From Thermoanaerobaculia bacterium (GTDB taxonomy: Bacteria > Acidobacteriota > Thermoanaerobaculia > Multivoradales > Multivoraceae), in the NCBI GenBank assembly GCA_963666565.1, contig OY762911.1:1472001-1536000 (forward strand): 64,000 nt of DNA. The letters are read 5' to 3'. Under the pieces are notes generated by a model. It worked only from the letters and a program-made list of their open reading frames with translations. It ran no database searches and was not told the DNA's origin. Every line of letters starts with the position of its first letter. The first letter of the stretch is position 1. Shown in pieces: positions 1 to 9,706 of this stretch. The position numbers and the translations under genes are program-made.

Positions 1-733
1 AGCTGCGGACGTGGCCGGGCGGGTTGTTGTTCTGGAGCGGGAAGTCGTAGATGCGCGAGCCGACGACGATCGTGTCCCCGACGACGATCACCGGCTGGCC
101 GTGGCTGATGTTGCGGAGCACGATGTTCTCGCGGCCGAGATTCCGCGAGAGTTCGACCGTGCCGTCCTCGCCGAAGCCGCGGTCGGGCAGCCCGGTGGCG
201 GGGTCGATCGAGATGAGCTGCTTGCCGATCGTGGCGATGAACAGGCGCTCCTGCTCGCCGTCGCTCCAGTACTCGAGGCCGCGGGTGTAGTAGTTGCTCT
301 GCGCCGGCTTGCCGCGCTCGTAGCTCTTCGGGTCGTAGACCCAAAGTTCCTCGCCGGAGGCCGCGTCGAGCGCCGCGACCTGGCTCAGCTCGGTCGGGAT
401 GTAGAGGCGTCCGTTGACGACCAGCGGCGAAGAGCGGAACACCTGCCGCCGGTACGGCGAGTTCGCCTCGATGCGCGAATCGGCGGACGCCCACCGCCAC
501 GCCGGTTCGAGCCGGCCGAAGTTCGAGCCGTCGATCTGGTCGAGCGCCGTGTAGCGCGTGAAGCCGTCGTCGCCGCCGTGATGGCGCCATTCGCCGTCCG
601 CGGCCCCGTACTGGGCCCACGCGCCCGTACACAGAGAGAGTACGCCGAGGATCGCCAGGGCGATTGCCCAACCGGTGACCCGTTTGCCCGAAGCGATGGC
701 CTTGGGTGTGCAGTAGAGAAGTGGAAGGCGCAA
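1..733 (-). CDS. PQQ-dependent (quinoprotein glucose dehydrogenase-like) dehydrogenase, N-terminal part, runs off the window
   Basis: Not in the ORF track. Manual minus-strand translation: signal peptide, then GEWRHHGGDDGFTRYTALDQID...SSPLVVNGRLY...VAALDAASGEELWVYDP...RGLEYWSDG...PPGHVRS. Start (TTG 733) uncertain. Confidence 0.85.
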   Translation of the reverse strand, partial: MRLPLLYCTPKAIASGKRVTGWAIALAILGVLSLCTGAWAQYGAADGEWRHHGGDDGFTRYTALDQIDGSNFGRLEPAWRWASADSRIEANSPYRRQVFRSSPLVVNGRLYIPTELSQVAALDAASGEELWVYDPKSYERGKPAQSNYYTRGLEYWSDGEQERLFIATIGKQLISIDPATGLPDRGFGEDGTVELSRNLGRENIVLRNISHGQPVIVVGDTIVVGSRIYDFPLQNNNPPGHVRS

Positions 734-745
734 CGGCGGTGCTCT

Positions 746-769
746 GGGTGCGCGGACCCTCTGGTCCGC
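746..769 (+). repeat. REP-like hairpin, variant copy
   Basis: GGGTGC-GCGGACC-CTCT-GGTCCGC: same foot and geometry as the family consensus GGGTGC-GCGGGTC-TTCC-GACCCGC, with compensatory stem changes. Confidence 0.65.
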
Positions 770-852
770 ATCAAGCGCGATGCCGCGAAGCGGCGAGCCC
801 GAGTGCCAATAGCATAGAGGGCAATGAACGCCACAGACATCCGGATCAGCCG

Positions 853-1938
853 ATGAGAGCGGGACGCTCCCTCTTGGTCCTCTCCTTCACCGCCTCACTC
901 ACCGCCCTGGCCTGCGCGGCCCCGGACGCCGAACCTGCCTTCGACACCGAAGCGCCGTCCGACACCGCCCCCAGGCCCTCCATCCGCGTCGAACGCCTCC
1001 TCGATGCTCCCATCATCGGCCCGGAGCTGGACCCGAGCATCGGCGAGAACATCCAGGGGCCGTCGCTGATCCGCGTGCCCGGCTGGGTAGCCGACCCTCT
1101 CGGCCGCTACTACCTCTACTTCGCCGACCACAAGGGCCACTACATCCGGCTCGCCTACGCCGACGACCTGCTCGGGCCGTGGTCGATCCACGTTCCCGGC
1201 AGCCTGCAGATCGAGCACTCCCACTTCCTGGTCGAGCCGCCGGAGGTGACGCCCGAGATGGTCGCCGAGTGGGAGGAGCGCCGCGGCCTGAAGCTGTCGC
1301 ACGACGTCCAGAAGGAGATCACGGCGACCCACATCGCGTCGCCCGACGTGCACGTCGACGATGAGAACCAGCGGATCGTCATGTACTTCCACGGCCTGGA
1401 GGACGTCGGCAGGCAGATCTCGCGGGTCGCTACTTCGACCGACGGCATCGACTTCGAGGCTCAGCCCCAGTCGCTGGGCCGCACCTACATGCGGATCTTC
1501 CACTACGGCGGGTTGACCTACTCGCTCGCCATGCCCGGCCAGTTCTACCGCTCGGCGGACGGCTTCACCGACTTCGAGGAGGGTCCGCTGCTGTTCAACC
1601 CGGACATGCGCCACTCGGCCGTGCTGCTCCGGGGCGACACGTTGTGGGTGTTCTGGACCCAGGTCGGCGAGGCGCCGGAGCGGATCCTGCTGAGCAGCAT
1701 CGACCTCTCCGGCGACTGGACGGACTGGACCGAGTCCGAACCGGTCGAGGTCCTGCGGCCGGAGCGTGACTGGGAGGGCGCCGACGCCCCGCTCGAACCG
1801 TCCGTCCGCAGTACCGCCTACGGCAAGGTGAACCAGTTGCGCGATCCCGCGATCTACGAGGAGGACGGCCGCGTCTTCCTCCTCTACGCCGTCGCCGGCG
1901 AGAGCGGCATCGCGATCGCCGAGGTCTTCCTTGACTGA
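853..1938 (+). CDS. Lipoprotein, five-bladed beta-propeller glycoside hydrolase-like protein
   Basis: Lipobox LTALAC; GH43/32/130-like motifs YYLYFADH...GPW, HIASPDV, QLRDPAIYEEDGRVFLLYAV. Confidence 0.65.
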   Translation: MRAGRSLLVLSFTASLTALACAAPDAEPAFDTEAPSDTAPRPSIRVERLLDAPIIGPELDPSIGENIQGPSLIRVPGWVADPLGRYYLYFADHKGHYIRLAYADDLLGPWSIHVPGSLQIEHSHFLVEPPEVTPEMVAEWEERRGLKLSHDVQKEITATHIASPDVHVDDENQRIVMYFHGLEDVGRQISRVATSTDGIDFEAQPQSLGRTYMRIFHYGGLTYSLAMPGQFYRSADGFTDFEEGPLLFNPDMRHSAVLLRGDTLWVFWTQVGEAPERILLSSIDLSGDWTDWTESEPVEVLRPERDWEGADAPLEPSVRSTAYGKVNQLRDPAIYEEDGRVFLLYAVAGESGIAIAEVFLD

Positions 1939-3301
1939 GAAAGATACAGACTGGGTGCGCCGGCGCCCTCGCCGGCATCCGGTTCTGTTCCGGCCTCTCG
2001 CCGTCGCCTCGGTCGCTGCCCTGGCCGCCTGCGCCCCAAGCCCGCCCGTCATCGACGGCGCCGACACCATCACGATCGCCGGCGCGACCCTGATCGACGG
2101 CACCGGCGCACCGCCGGTCGAGGACGCCGTCGTCATCGTCCGCGGCGACCGGATCGAACAGTTCGGCTCGCGCGACGACGTGCCGGTGCCCGATGGCGGA
2201 GAAGTCGTCGACGCCACGGGCAAGTTCCTGATCCCCGGTCTCGTCGACCTGCACAACCACTACCGCGACGGCCTGGAGAAGTGGTCCTGGGCGCTGCAAC
2301 TCCACGCCGGGGTGCTGACCGTCCGCAGTCTCGGTTCCGACCACGGCCAGACGCCGGCGATGATCGCCGAGGCACGCGCCGGCAACGTGCCGGCGCCGCG
2401 CATCTTCACCGCAGGGGTCGGCTTCACGCACCCCGAGGGCTTCCCGCCGGGCAAGCTGGGTCCGGCCACCGAAGAGGAGGCCCGCGAGATGGTGCGCGAA
2501 CTCGCCGCGCAGGAAGTCGACCTGATCAAGATGTGGGTCGACACCTTCCTCGACACGCGGCCGAAGATCGAGCCCGAGATCCGCGCCGCCATCGCCGACG
2601 AGGCGGCGCGGCACGGCATCCCCGTCTCGGCCCACATCTTCTTCGAGGAGGATGTCCGGCAACTCGTCGACGCCGGCGTGCGTTCCTTCGTCCACGGCGT
2701 GCGCGACCAGGAGGTCGACGACGAGTTCGTCTCGATGGCGCGGGAGAACGACCTCTCCTTCGCGCCCGCTCTCGGCCAGGCGAAGACCTTCTGGTGGGTC
2801 GCCGAGCACCCGGAGCTGCTCGACGACGAGGGGTTCCGGGCCGGACTTCAGCCAGCCCTGCTGGAACGACTGCTCGATGCCGAGAACCGGGCCGCCATGC
2901 TGGAGAGCGAGTCGACCGCCAAACGCCGCGTCGCCTACGACTACGTGACGAAGTTCGTCCGCCGCATGAACGAAGCCGGCGTCACGGTCACCGTCGGCTC
3001 TGACAGCGGCGCCGGCAACATCGCCTACGGCTGGGGCACCCACCACGAAGTGGAGACCCTGGTCGAGGACGGCGGCCTGACGCCGCTCGAGGCCCTGGCG
3101 GCGGCCGGTGCCGCCGCGGCCGCTGAACTCACCGACGACCCGGACTTCGGGTCGGTCGCCGAGGGCAACGCCGCGGACCTCGTGCTTCTATCCGCCGATC
3201 CCCTCGCCGACATCCGCAACACACGGCAGATCGATCGTGTGATGCAGGCCGGGGTCTGGCTCGAACGCGGGCTGCCGGAGTTCCCGCAGCCGGCGGAGTA
3301 G
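1931..3301 (+). CDS. Amidohydrolase-family lipoprotein
   Basis: Lipobox ALAAC; PGLVDLHNH metal motif, GSDSG, GNAADLVLLSADPL. Confidence 0.85.
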   Translation: MTEKDTDWVRRRPRRHPVLFRPLAVASVAALAACAPSPPVIDGADTITIAGATLIDGTGAPPVEDAVVIVRGDRIEQFGSRDDVPVPDGGEVVDATGKFLIPGLVDLHNHYRDGLEKWSWALQLHAGVLTVRSLGSDHGQTPAMIAEARAGNVPAPRIFTAGVGFTHPEGFPPGKLGPATEEEAREMVRELAAQEVDLIKMWVDTFLDTRPKIEPEIRAAIADEAARHGIPVSAHIFFEEDVRQLVDAGVRSFVHGVRDQEVDDEFVSMARENDLSFAPALGQAKTFWWVAEHPELLDDEGFRAGLQPALLERLLDAENRAAMLESESTAKRRVAYDYVTKFVRRMNEAGVTVTVGSDSGAGNIAYGWGTHHEVETLVEDGGLTPLEALAAAGAAAAAELTDDPDFGSVAEGNAADLVLLSADPLADIRNTRQIDRVMQAGVWLERGLPEFPQPAE

Positions 3302-3587
3302 CCGGAACCCGCGCTCGAATCCGCATAGTCCGCCCGCAGCGCTGTTCGACACAGTGGGTCTGGCACGCCGACGTCCGCCCTCCGGCCCGGGAGCGCCACC
3401 GCGAGCGGGCCCAGCCCTCCCTTGGCCCAACACCTCTCGCCCGTGGACCGCGGAAGCCGACGATCCGCCGCCGCGGGGGTCGGGGTCGCCGGTCGGTCGC
3501 GGCCGTCTCGAAGCCTCGAAGCCGCCGCGCGACGGCCGCGGTCTCAAAGCCTGGCCCAGGCGCTGGCGGGTGCGTCCAGGACCGGCC

Positions 3588-4472
3588 TCAGCCGTCCCGC
3601 CAGCTCACCACCCGCATGAAGTACTGAACATCGATGAAGTCGCGCGGCTTGACTTCGGCCAGCCCAGCTTCCGCCAGTTCGTCGCGGACGACCTGGAAGA
3701 ACTCCCGGATCCGGCGGTAGCCGTCCCAGGCCACTTCCGAGCGGTAGCCCACGTCGTAGCGCCAGGCGGCGGCCGCTCTTGTGACGGAGTCGGGCTGGAC
3801 CAAGACTTCGCGATCGGGGAACACGATCCACCGAAAGTACGTCGAGAGCGGCCACCTTGCGGTTCCCAGGCTGTCCAACCACGAGACGAACTGCTCGAAG
3901 GCGGTTTCCTCGCTCCGCGATCCATAGAGCAGCGTCCGCAGTCCGCTTGCGAAGGCCCTTTCTCTGGCGTCGTCGCCAAGAACCTGTTTCCACAGGTCGT
4001 CGGAAGCGCGCCAGTCGACCACGTTCGTGATCTTGAGGTTCTTCTTGGCGCGCCGGCATGCCTCCGAGTGGTTTCCTTCTTCGAGCAGTTCGTCGAGGGC
4101 GTCGCGGCTCAGCCGCTCAAGGGCTTGCCGGCGAGCGGCCTCCTTGTAGTTCCGCTCGGCGGCGACGTACGCCTCGTTGGAGAACCCACCGGGAAACTTC
4201 CTGAGGAAGTAGTCGATCGACTTCGCGAGGTTGCGGTACTCCGGTACCAACGCCGTCGTCGAGTCCCGGAGATCGAGCCGATCGAGACGCGGATGGGCAG
4301 GTCTCGGCACGAGCGGAGGCAGCGGAATCCGCCCAAGGTCGATCTTCTTGACGCCGTCAACGAAGAAGATCTCCGCCTTGCCGCCACCCACATCGAGCAC
4401 CTGGCCGAGGCCGAGCTTGGGATGGAGAACGCGATCCCCCGAACTGAGCTGCGCTGCTGGCCGGCTGGTCAT
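3588..4472 (-). CDS. Hypothetical protein with N-terminal Tudor/SH3-like domain (DUF3553-like)
   Basis: GDRVLHPKLGLGQV N-terminus resembles the UvrD C-terminal/DUF3553 domain; C-terminal PRDFIDVQYF; coding-like composition. Confidence 0.6.
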   Translation of the reverse strand: MTSRPAAQLSSGDRVLHPKLGLGQVLDVGGGKAEIFFVDGVKKIDLGRIPLPPLVPRPAHPRLDRLDLRDSTTALVPEYRNLAKSIDYFLRKFPGGFSNEAYVAAERNYKEAARRQALERLSRDALDELLEEGNHSEACRRAKKNLKITNVVDWRASDDLWKQVLGDDARERAFASGLRTLLYGSRSEETAFEQFVSWLDSLGTARWPLSTYFRWIVFPDREVLVQPDSVTRAAAAWRYDVGYRSEVAWDGYRRIREFFQVVRDELAEAGLAEVKPRDFIDVQYFMRVVSWRDG

Positions 4473-4490
4473 TCTTTGTTGGCGCGCATT

Positions 4491-4967
4491 CTAGTCGAGG
4501 GGTGGCCTTGTGGGCCGCTCTGCCGCGGAGGAGGGCCGCGACTGGCCGCGGCCCTCCTCGGCTTGGTGCGTTCCGGTAGTCCGGCCGCGCAGGCGCCGGC
4601 CAGCCTGCGTCAGGCGGTAGCGCTGGTTCCTTGCGCTGGGAGTCTCGGGCCGCGTCATCTTGATCAGGCCGTCCTTCAGCGCTGGCCCCAGATACGCCTG
4701 TCGCAGCCACTTCCGGTCGCGCAGGCCCAGCGCCTCCAGTACCTCGCGCCCCGACATCTCCCCGTCCAGCACCCGCAGAAGCCGCTCGACCTGGGGGGAA
4801 ACCTGGGGGGTTTCCTGGGGGGCGTCCTCCCGCACGGCATCGAGGATGGCCTCCAGCATGAAGCGGATGAAGAACGTGCTCTCACCCGCCCCGGAACTCC
4901 GTTCGATCGCCTCGTAGTAATCGCTCTGACGGGCGCGCACGACGCTCTCCACACGGCGACTCGTCAC
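4491..4967 (-). pseudogene. C-terminal (winged-HTH) fragment of a Fic-family gene, lacking the Fic catalytic domain; may be translated from a GTG overlapping the upstream stop
   Basis: VESVVRARQSDYYEAIERSS...PQVSPQVERLL...RNQRYRLT aligns by eye with the C-terminal third of the Fic at 30462-31457; no HPFxDGNGR motif; GTGA overlap at 4964-4967. Confidence 0.7.
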
Positions 4968-6142
4968 TCGTTCGAGCCTTGCTTGAGCAAAGGCCGATTT
5001 GGAACGACGCCACGCAGGAACTCGTCGACCGGCAAGCAGAGGACGTCGTCGACCAGGAGGCGGTCGGCGCCGCGATACAGCAGAGCGGCCTGAGCCTCCG
5101 GATAGTCGGCCACGAAGGCCCTGAGCGCGCGCAGGTCGCTTCGCTGCGCGGTCCGGGAGTTCTTGACCTCGAAGGCCCAGAAGCCAGCCTCTCCGTAAAC
5201 GACGAAGTCGATCTCCGAACCGCCGCGCGTGCGCCAGAAGAACAGCCTGTTGGCGCCTCCCGAGTACGCGGCCCAGGCGCGGAGATGCTGTGCCACGAGA
5301 CCTTCGAGGGCCGGTCCTTCCGTCTCGGCCCGGCTGTCCAGCGGTCCGGCTGGACGGAGCGCCCGAAAGACGCCGGCGTCGAAGAGGTAGAGCTTCTGGT
5401 GGACGACCGTCTTGCGGCGCGCGCGCCTCCGGAACACGGGCAGGCGGAATGCCAGAAGCAGGTCTTCCAGGATGGTGACGTAGCCGGAGGCGGTGCGGTG
5501 CGGCACTTCGCACTCCCTGGCGACGGAGGCGACGTTGAGCTGGGCGCCGTGCGAGAAGCTGACTGCTTCGAGGAAGCGGGCGAAGGCCCCGACGTCGCGA
5601 ACGATGCCCTCGGCCTGGACTTCCTGCTCCAGGTAGAGCCCCGCATACGCCCTGAGCATCTCGTCGGGATCCGGCGCGCGGGTCACCAGGGGAAGGAGTC
5701 CGATGGCTAGTGCTCGGTCCAGGGAGAAGTCGGGCGTCTCCGCGGCCATGAAGGGGTGCATCGTCCGGTAGAAGGCTCGGCCCCCGAGGAGATCGACGCC
5801 GCCTCGGCGGAGCTTCCTCGCGCTCGATCCGGTAAGCGCGAACCGCCGGCTGTCGGGCGATTCCAGGACGGAGTGAACCACGGTGAGAAGCTCGGGTACG
5901 CGCTGGACCTCGTCGACGACCACGTCGGTGCGGTCCGGCTCGGCGGCGATCATCTCGCGCAGGCGCTCCGGGCGGGCCCGGAGAGCGCGGTACAGAGCCG
6001 GGTTGAGCAGATCCAGATAGAGAGCATCCGGAAGCTGGTCCCGGAGCCAGGTCGACTTGCCCGTCCCCCGAGGCCCGAAGAGGAAGAAACTCTGGTCTGG
6101 TAGCCCGCAGAAGCGCGGCGTTATTGCCGATTTGCGTCGCAA
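4964..6142 (-). CDS. AAA_14 ATPase with DUF4143 / PD-(D/E)xK-like C-terminus
   Basis: Walker A GPRGTGKST, Walker B VVDEVQ, LTGSSARKL, KLYLFDAG, EIDFVV...AFEVK. Confidence 0.9.
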   Translation of the reverse strand: MRRKSAITPRFCGLPDQSFFLFGPRGTGKSTWLRDQLPDALYLDLLNPALYRALRARPERLREMIAAEPDRTDVVVDEVQRVPELLTVVHSVLESPDSRRFALTGSSARKLRRGGVDLLGGRAFYRTMHPFMAAETPDFSLDRALAIGLLPLVTRAPDPDEMLRAYAGLYLEQEVQAEGIVRDVGAFARFLEAVSFSHGAQLNVASVARECEVPHRTASGYVTILEDLLLAFRLPVFRRRARRKTVVHQKLYLFDAGVFRALRPAGPLDSRAETEGPALEGLVAQHLRAWAAYSGGANRLFFWRTRGGSEIDFVVYGEAGFWAFEVKNSRTAQRSDLRALRAFVADYPEAQAALLYRGADRLLVDDVLCLPVDEFLRGVVPNRPLLKQGSNE

Positions 6143-6270
6143 AACGGCGACAGCCTAGCCGATTTGGGACTCTTAGGCATCCTAACCGCCTTCGCCTCGA
6201 ACATCGAAGGGGGCGAAAACCTCGCCTGCCCGTGGTCGAAACGTCGCGGAAAGACGGCGGGCCGTGCGGC

Positions 6271-6975
6271 TCACTCGACGGGCGGGTCGCCTGCCCCGGA
6301 GACCGCCAACCGCCAGCCCAGGAGACCCATGTAGACGATGCCGCTGGCGGACGTCAACGCGAACACCGGAGCGAGCGACAGCTCCAGCGTGTTCGAATGC
6401 CACGCGGCGATGAACAGCGCCAGCGCAACCAGGGTCAGCACGCCGACGATGCCGTTCAGCACCGGCGGCAGGCGCAGCGGCTCCGGTCGGGAGATGAGGC
6501 CGAACGCCAGCACCGCGATCCCGGCGTAGCCCGCGACGCTGCCCGTGAAGTGCAGACCCCATACCGTGCGCTGCATCGCCAGCGCCGTCGCCAGCGATTG
6601 CGCCGCCTGTTCCGGGTCGGACCCCAGCGCCGCCCTGCCAAAGCCGACGAGCATGTAGTCGAAGCCTCGCATCACCATCTGCAGGACCGCGCCGACCGTC
6701 ATACCGAGCAGGCCGAGCCGCGGCACGGGGGCGGCGTACCGCCGCAACGTCACGATGCCGTTCAGCATGAGCAAGGCGCCCAGGACGATGACGACCGCCA
6801 GGGCGTAGGACAGGGCGGCGTTGCGCCCCATCGCCAGCGTCAGGTCCGTCAGGCTGGTGCTGGGGACGGTATCCACCATGCCGCGGCCGGGCGACAGCGC
6901 GGAGGCGACAGCCACCGCGACGGTTCCGGACAGCAGCGACCAGCCGCCAAGTCTCGTTTCGGTCAAGCCCTTCAT
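6271..6975 (-). CDS. Integral membrane protein of unknown function
   Basis: About 6 hydrophobic segments; GAGGAGG Shine-Dalgarno before the ATG at 6975. Confidence 0.7.
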   Translation of the reverse strand: MKGLTETRLGGWSLLSGTVAVAVASALSPGRGMVDTVPSTSLTDLTLAMGRNAALSYALAVVIVLGALLMLNGIVTLRRYAAPVPRLGLLGMTVGAVLQMVMRGFDYMLVGFGRAALGSDPEQAAQSLATALAMQRTVWGLHFTGSVAGYAGIAVLAFGLISRPEPLRLPPVLNGIVGVLTLVALALFIAAWHSNTLELSLAPVFALTSASGIVYMGLLGWRLAVSGAGDPPVE

Positions 6976-7039
6976 GTGCCTCCTCGATCCGCCGTAGAGC
7001 GGCGGCAATCCGGTCCCTCCATGCGACTCCCGGACCCCC

Positions 7040-8344
7040 TCAGCGGCACTCCGCCGACAGCACCTCCGACTCGACGATCACGCCGCAGATGTGGCTCGTG
7101 TACTCGAAGGGGTCGCCGTCGAAGAGGGCGAGGTCCGCGTCCTTGCCGACCTCGACCGAGCCGACCCGGTCGTCGATGCCGAGGATGCGAGCCGGGCTCA
7201 GGGTGACGGCCTCCAGGGCGCGTTCCATGCCGAGGCCGTTGGCGGCGGCGATGGCGGCTTCCCAGAGCAGCACGCGGGTCTTCGGCACGTAGCCCTCGAA
7301 GCCGGTCTGGATGGCGAACGGGATGCCGGCGTCGGCGAGCTGCGAGGCGGTCTCGTAGGAGCCGTTGCGGACCCGGCTCATCGTCGGGTGGAGGAGGACG
7401 GGCACGCCGGCCTCCCGGATCTCGTCGAGCAGCAGGTAGGACTCGGCGGCGCCGTCGAGCACGAGGTCGAACCCGAACTCGCGCTGCAGCCGGAGCGCCG
7501 CGGCGATCTCGGGCACGGCGTTGGCCGTGATCAGCAGCGACAGCTCGCCGTCGAGGACCTGGCCGAGCGCCTCCTTGGCGAGGTCGCGTGGCGGCGGCTT
7601 GGGGGCCGGTTTGGCGTCGCCGTTCTCGTCGTCGTTGCCGGCTTCCTCGCCGTCCGCGTCGCTCTCGCCCTCATCGTCTCTGCCGGCTTCCTCCGCCTTG
7701 CGCACCTGCTCCAGGTACGCCTGGGCGCCGTGCAGCGCGTTCCGCAGCATCGCCACACCCTTGGCCGACGTTCCGGGCGACTGGAAGTTCGACGACACGG
7801 CGTTGCCGAGCGTCGAGGCGAGCATGCGCGCCGGCACGACGGCCGCCTGGTCGACGTTGCGGCCGCGGGTCTTGGCGATCATCGTCTGGCCGCTTATGAG
7901 CGCCCCGGGACCGTGGCCGGTGTGCAGCGTCGTGACGCCGTAGGAGCGCACCCACTCGACGAGGGTCTCGTTCGCGTCGTAGGCGTCGATGGCGCGAAGG
8001 TCGGGCTGGAGCGGCGAGGATCGTTCGAGTTGATCCTGGTCGCGCACCGGGCCGACGTTGCTGTTCAAGGCGCCCGAGAGGCCCACCACCGAGCGGGCGT
8101 CGACGAGGCCGGGCGTGACGACGGCGGCTTCGAGGACGTCCGTGCCGTCCGGGATGTCGGCTTCGGCGGTCGGGCCGACCCAGGCGATCTTCCCGTCCGC
8201 GCCGGCGATCACGACGGCGTTCTCGATCGCGTCGCCGGACACCGTGTGCAGCGTGCCGGCCCGCACCGCCACCTGTGCGGCGGCCGGCATGCCGGCGAGA
8301 GCTGCCAGAGCCACAAGAAAGGAGGTTGTACCCAAGCGCTTCAT
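7040..8344 (-). CDS. Secreted amidohydrolase-family protein with degenerate metal site
   Basis: Signal peptide; PGLVDARS in place of PGLxDxHxH; IGSVEVGKDAD-type C-terminal motif. Confidence 0.85.
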   Translation of the reverse strand: MKRLGTTSFLVALAALAGMPAAAQVAVRAGTLHTVSGDAIENAVVIAGADGKIAWVGPTAEADIPDGTDVLEAAVVTPGLVDARSVVGLSGALNSNVGPVRDQDQLERSSPLQPDLRAIDAYDANETLVEWVRSYGVTTLHTGHGPGALISGQTMIAKTRGRNVDQAAVVPARMLASTLGNAVSSNFQSPGTSAKGVAMLRNALHGAQAYLEQVRKAEEAGRDDEGESDADGEEAGNDDENGDAKPAPKPPPRDLAKEALGQVLDGELSLLITANAVPEIAAALRLQREFGFDLVLDGAAESYLLLDEIREAGVPVLLHPTMSRVRNGSYETASQLADAGIPFAIQTGFEGYVPKTRVLLWEAAIAAANGLGMERALEAVTLSPARILGIDDRVGSVEVGKDADLALFDGDPFEYTSHICGVIVESEVLSAECR

Positions 8345-9696
8345 CGCGTCTCTCCCAGCAGCAGCTCGTGGATCATCTCGTCTTCGTGGGCGGTCGTGCG
8401 GTAGACCTTGTAGCCGCCGACCGCGTACTTGCGGTGGTCCGGGTTGGCGCGGTCGTAGATCATCGTTCCCTCGACCCAGGTCTGCTCGACCTTCGTGTAG
8501 GCGCTCAGCGGATCGCCGGAGAGGATGACGAAGTCGGCGTCCTTGCCGGCTTCGAGCGAGCCGATCCGGTCCTCCAGTCCGAGCGCCCGCGCCGGCGCCA
8601 GGGTCAGCCCCTCGATCGCCTTGTCGCGCGACATCCCGTAGCGCACCGCCATCGCCGCGGCCCGGAACAGCAGCCGCGAATCGGTCACCGAGTCGTCCGT
8701 GTTGAAGCTGACGTCGACGCCCGCGCGCTCCAGGATCGCGCCCATCTCCATGTTCCAGTCGATCGTCTCCTCCTTGCCGCCCGGCGCGTCGATCCAGGTG
8801 ATCGACACCGGCACGCCGGCGGCGGCGAGTTCGTCGGCGACCTTCCAGGACTCCGTGCCGTGCTGGGCGACGACGCGGAACCCGAACTCCTCCTTGAGCC
8901 GCAGGACCGTGGCGATGTCGTTGTGGCGGTGCGTGTGGTGCTGGACGATCCGCTTGCCGTCGAGCACCTCGACCAGGGTCTCCATCCGCAGGTCGCGCTT
9001 CGCGGGCTCGCCGCCGTCTTCGCCGTCCTCGCCATCCTCGGCCTCGGCCTCGGCCATCTTCTCGCGGTACTCGACGGCCTCGTGGTAGAGGTTGCGGACC
9101 AGGGCGGCCGACTTGGCGCGGGTGCCGGGGAAGGGCGGCTGGCCGATCGAGTTCGTGCCGTTCGCCATCTTCAGGCCGCCGCAGATGCCGGTCAGCGGAT
9201 CGTCGCAGTAGAGCCAGTCCTCGATCGTGCGGGCGCCGTCGCGCAGCTTGACGTAGGCGGTCTGCCCGGACATGAGGTGCCCGGAGCCCGACATGATGTT
9301 GACCGTCGTGATGCCGCCGGCCCGGGCGCGCCAGATGCTGTCGGAGGCGACGTCGATCGAGTCGAGGTTCCGCACGTCCGGGTGCAGCGGCGCCGAGCGG
9401 TCGCCGCCGGAGACCGAGCCGATGTGGGAGTGGGTGTCGACGAGCCCGGGCATCAGCACCTTGCCGCCGAGGTCGTGCTCGACGGCGCCCCGGGGCGTGG
9501 ACGTGTCCGGGCCGCCGACGCCGACGATCCTGCCGCCCTGGACCACCAGGACGCCGTTGTCGATCGGCTCTCCGGCGATCGGCAGCAGCCGCGCGCCGCG
9601 GAAGACATGGGGATCGTCCTGCGCCGCGGCCGGCGTCGCGGCAAGAAGCGCCGGCAGCGCAACGGCGAACAGGAACGAGACGGGACGTTTTCTCAT
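8341..9696 (-). CDS. Secreted amidohydrolase-family protein
   Basis: Signal peptide; PGLVDTHSH, HHTH, FNTDD, GSLEAGKDADFV; 4-nt overlap with the next gene. Confidence 0.9.
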   Translation of the reverse strand: MRKRPVSFLFAVALPALLAATPAAAQDDPHVFRGARLLPIAGEPIDNGVLVVQGGRIVGVGGPDTSTPRGAVEHDLGGKVLMPGLVDTHSHIGSVSGGDRSAPLHPDVRNLDSIDVASDSIWRARAGGITTVNIMSGSGHLMSGQTAYVKLRDGARTIEDWLYCDDPLTGICGGLKMANGTNSIGQPPFPGTRAKSAALVRNLYHEAVEYREKMAEAEAEDGEDGEDGGEPAKRDLRMETLVEVLDGKRIVQHHTHRHNDIATVLRLKEEFGFRVVAQHGTESWKVADELAAAGVPVSITWIDAPGGKEETIDWNMEMGAILERAGVDVSFNTDDSVTDSRLLFRAAAMAVRYGMSRDKAIEGLTLAPARALGLEDRIGSLEAGKDADFVILSGDPLSAYTKVEQTWVEGTMIYDRANPDHRKYAVGGYKVYRTTAHEDEMIHELLLGETR

Positions 9697-9706
9697 GCGT
9701 GCTCCT

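Noticed and set aside
3330-3580. GC-rich intergenic hairpins as another copy of the long element
   Set aside because: Has GACGTCC and GGGTGC words but no convincing long arms or core match.
6143-6270. Riboswitch-like hairpins upstream of the ATPase gene
   Set aside because: No recognisable aptamer consensus; short stems are expected by chance in GC-rich DNA.
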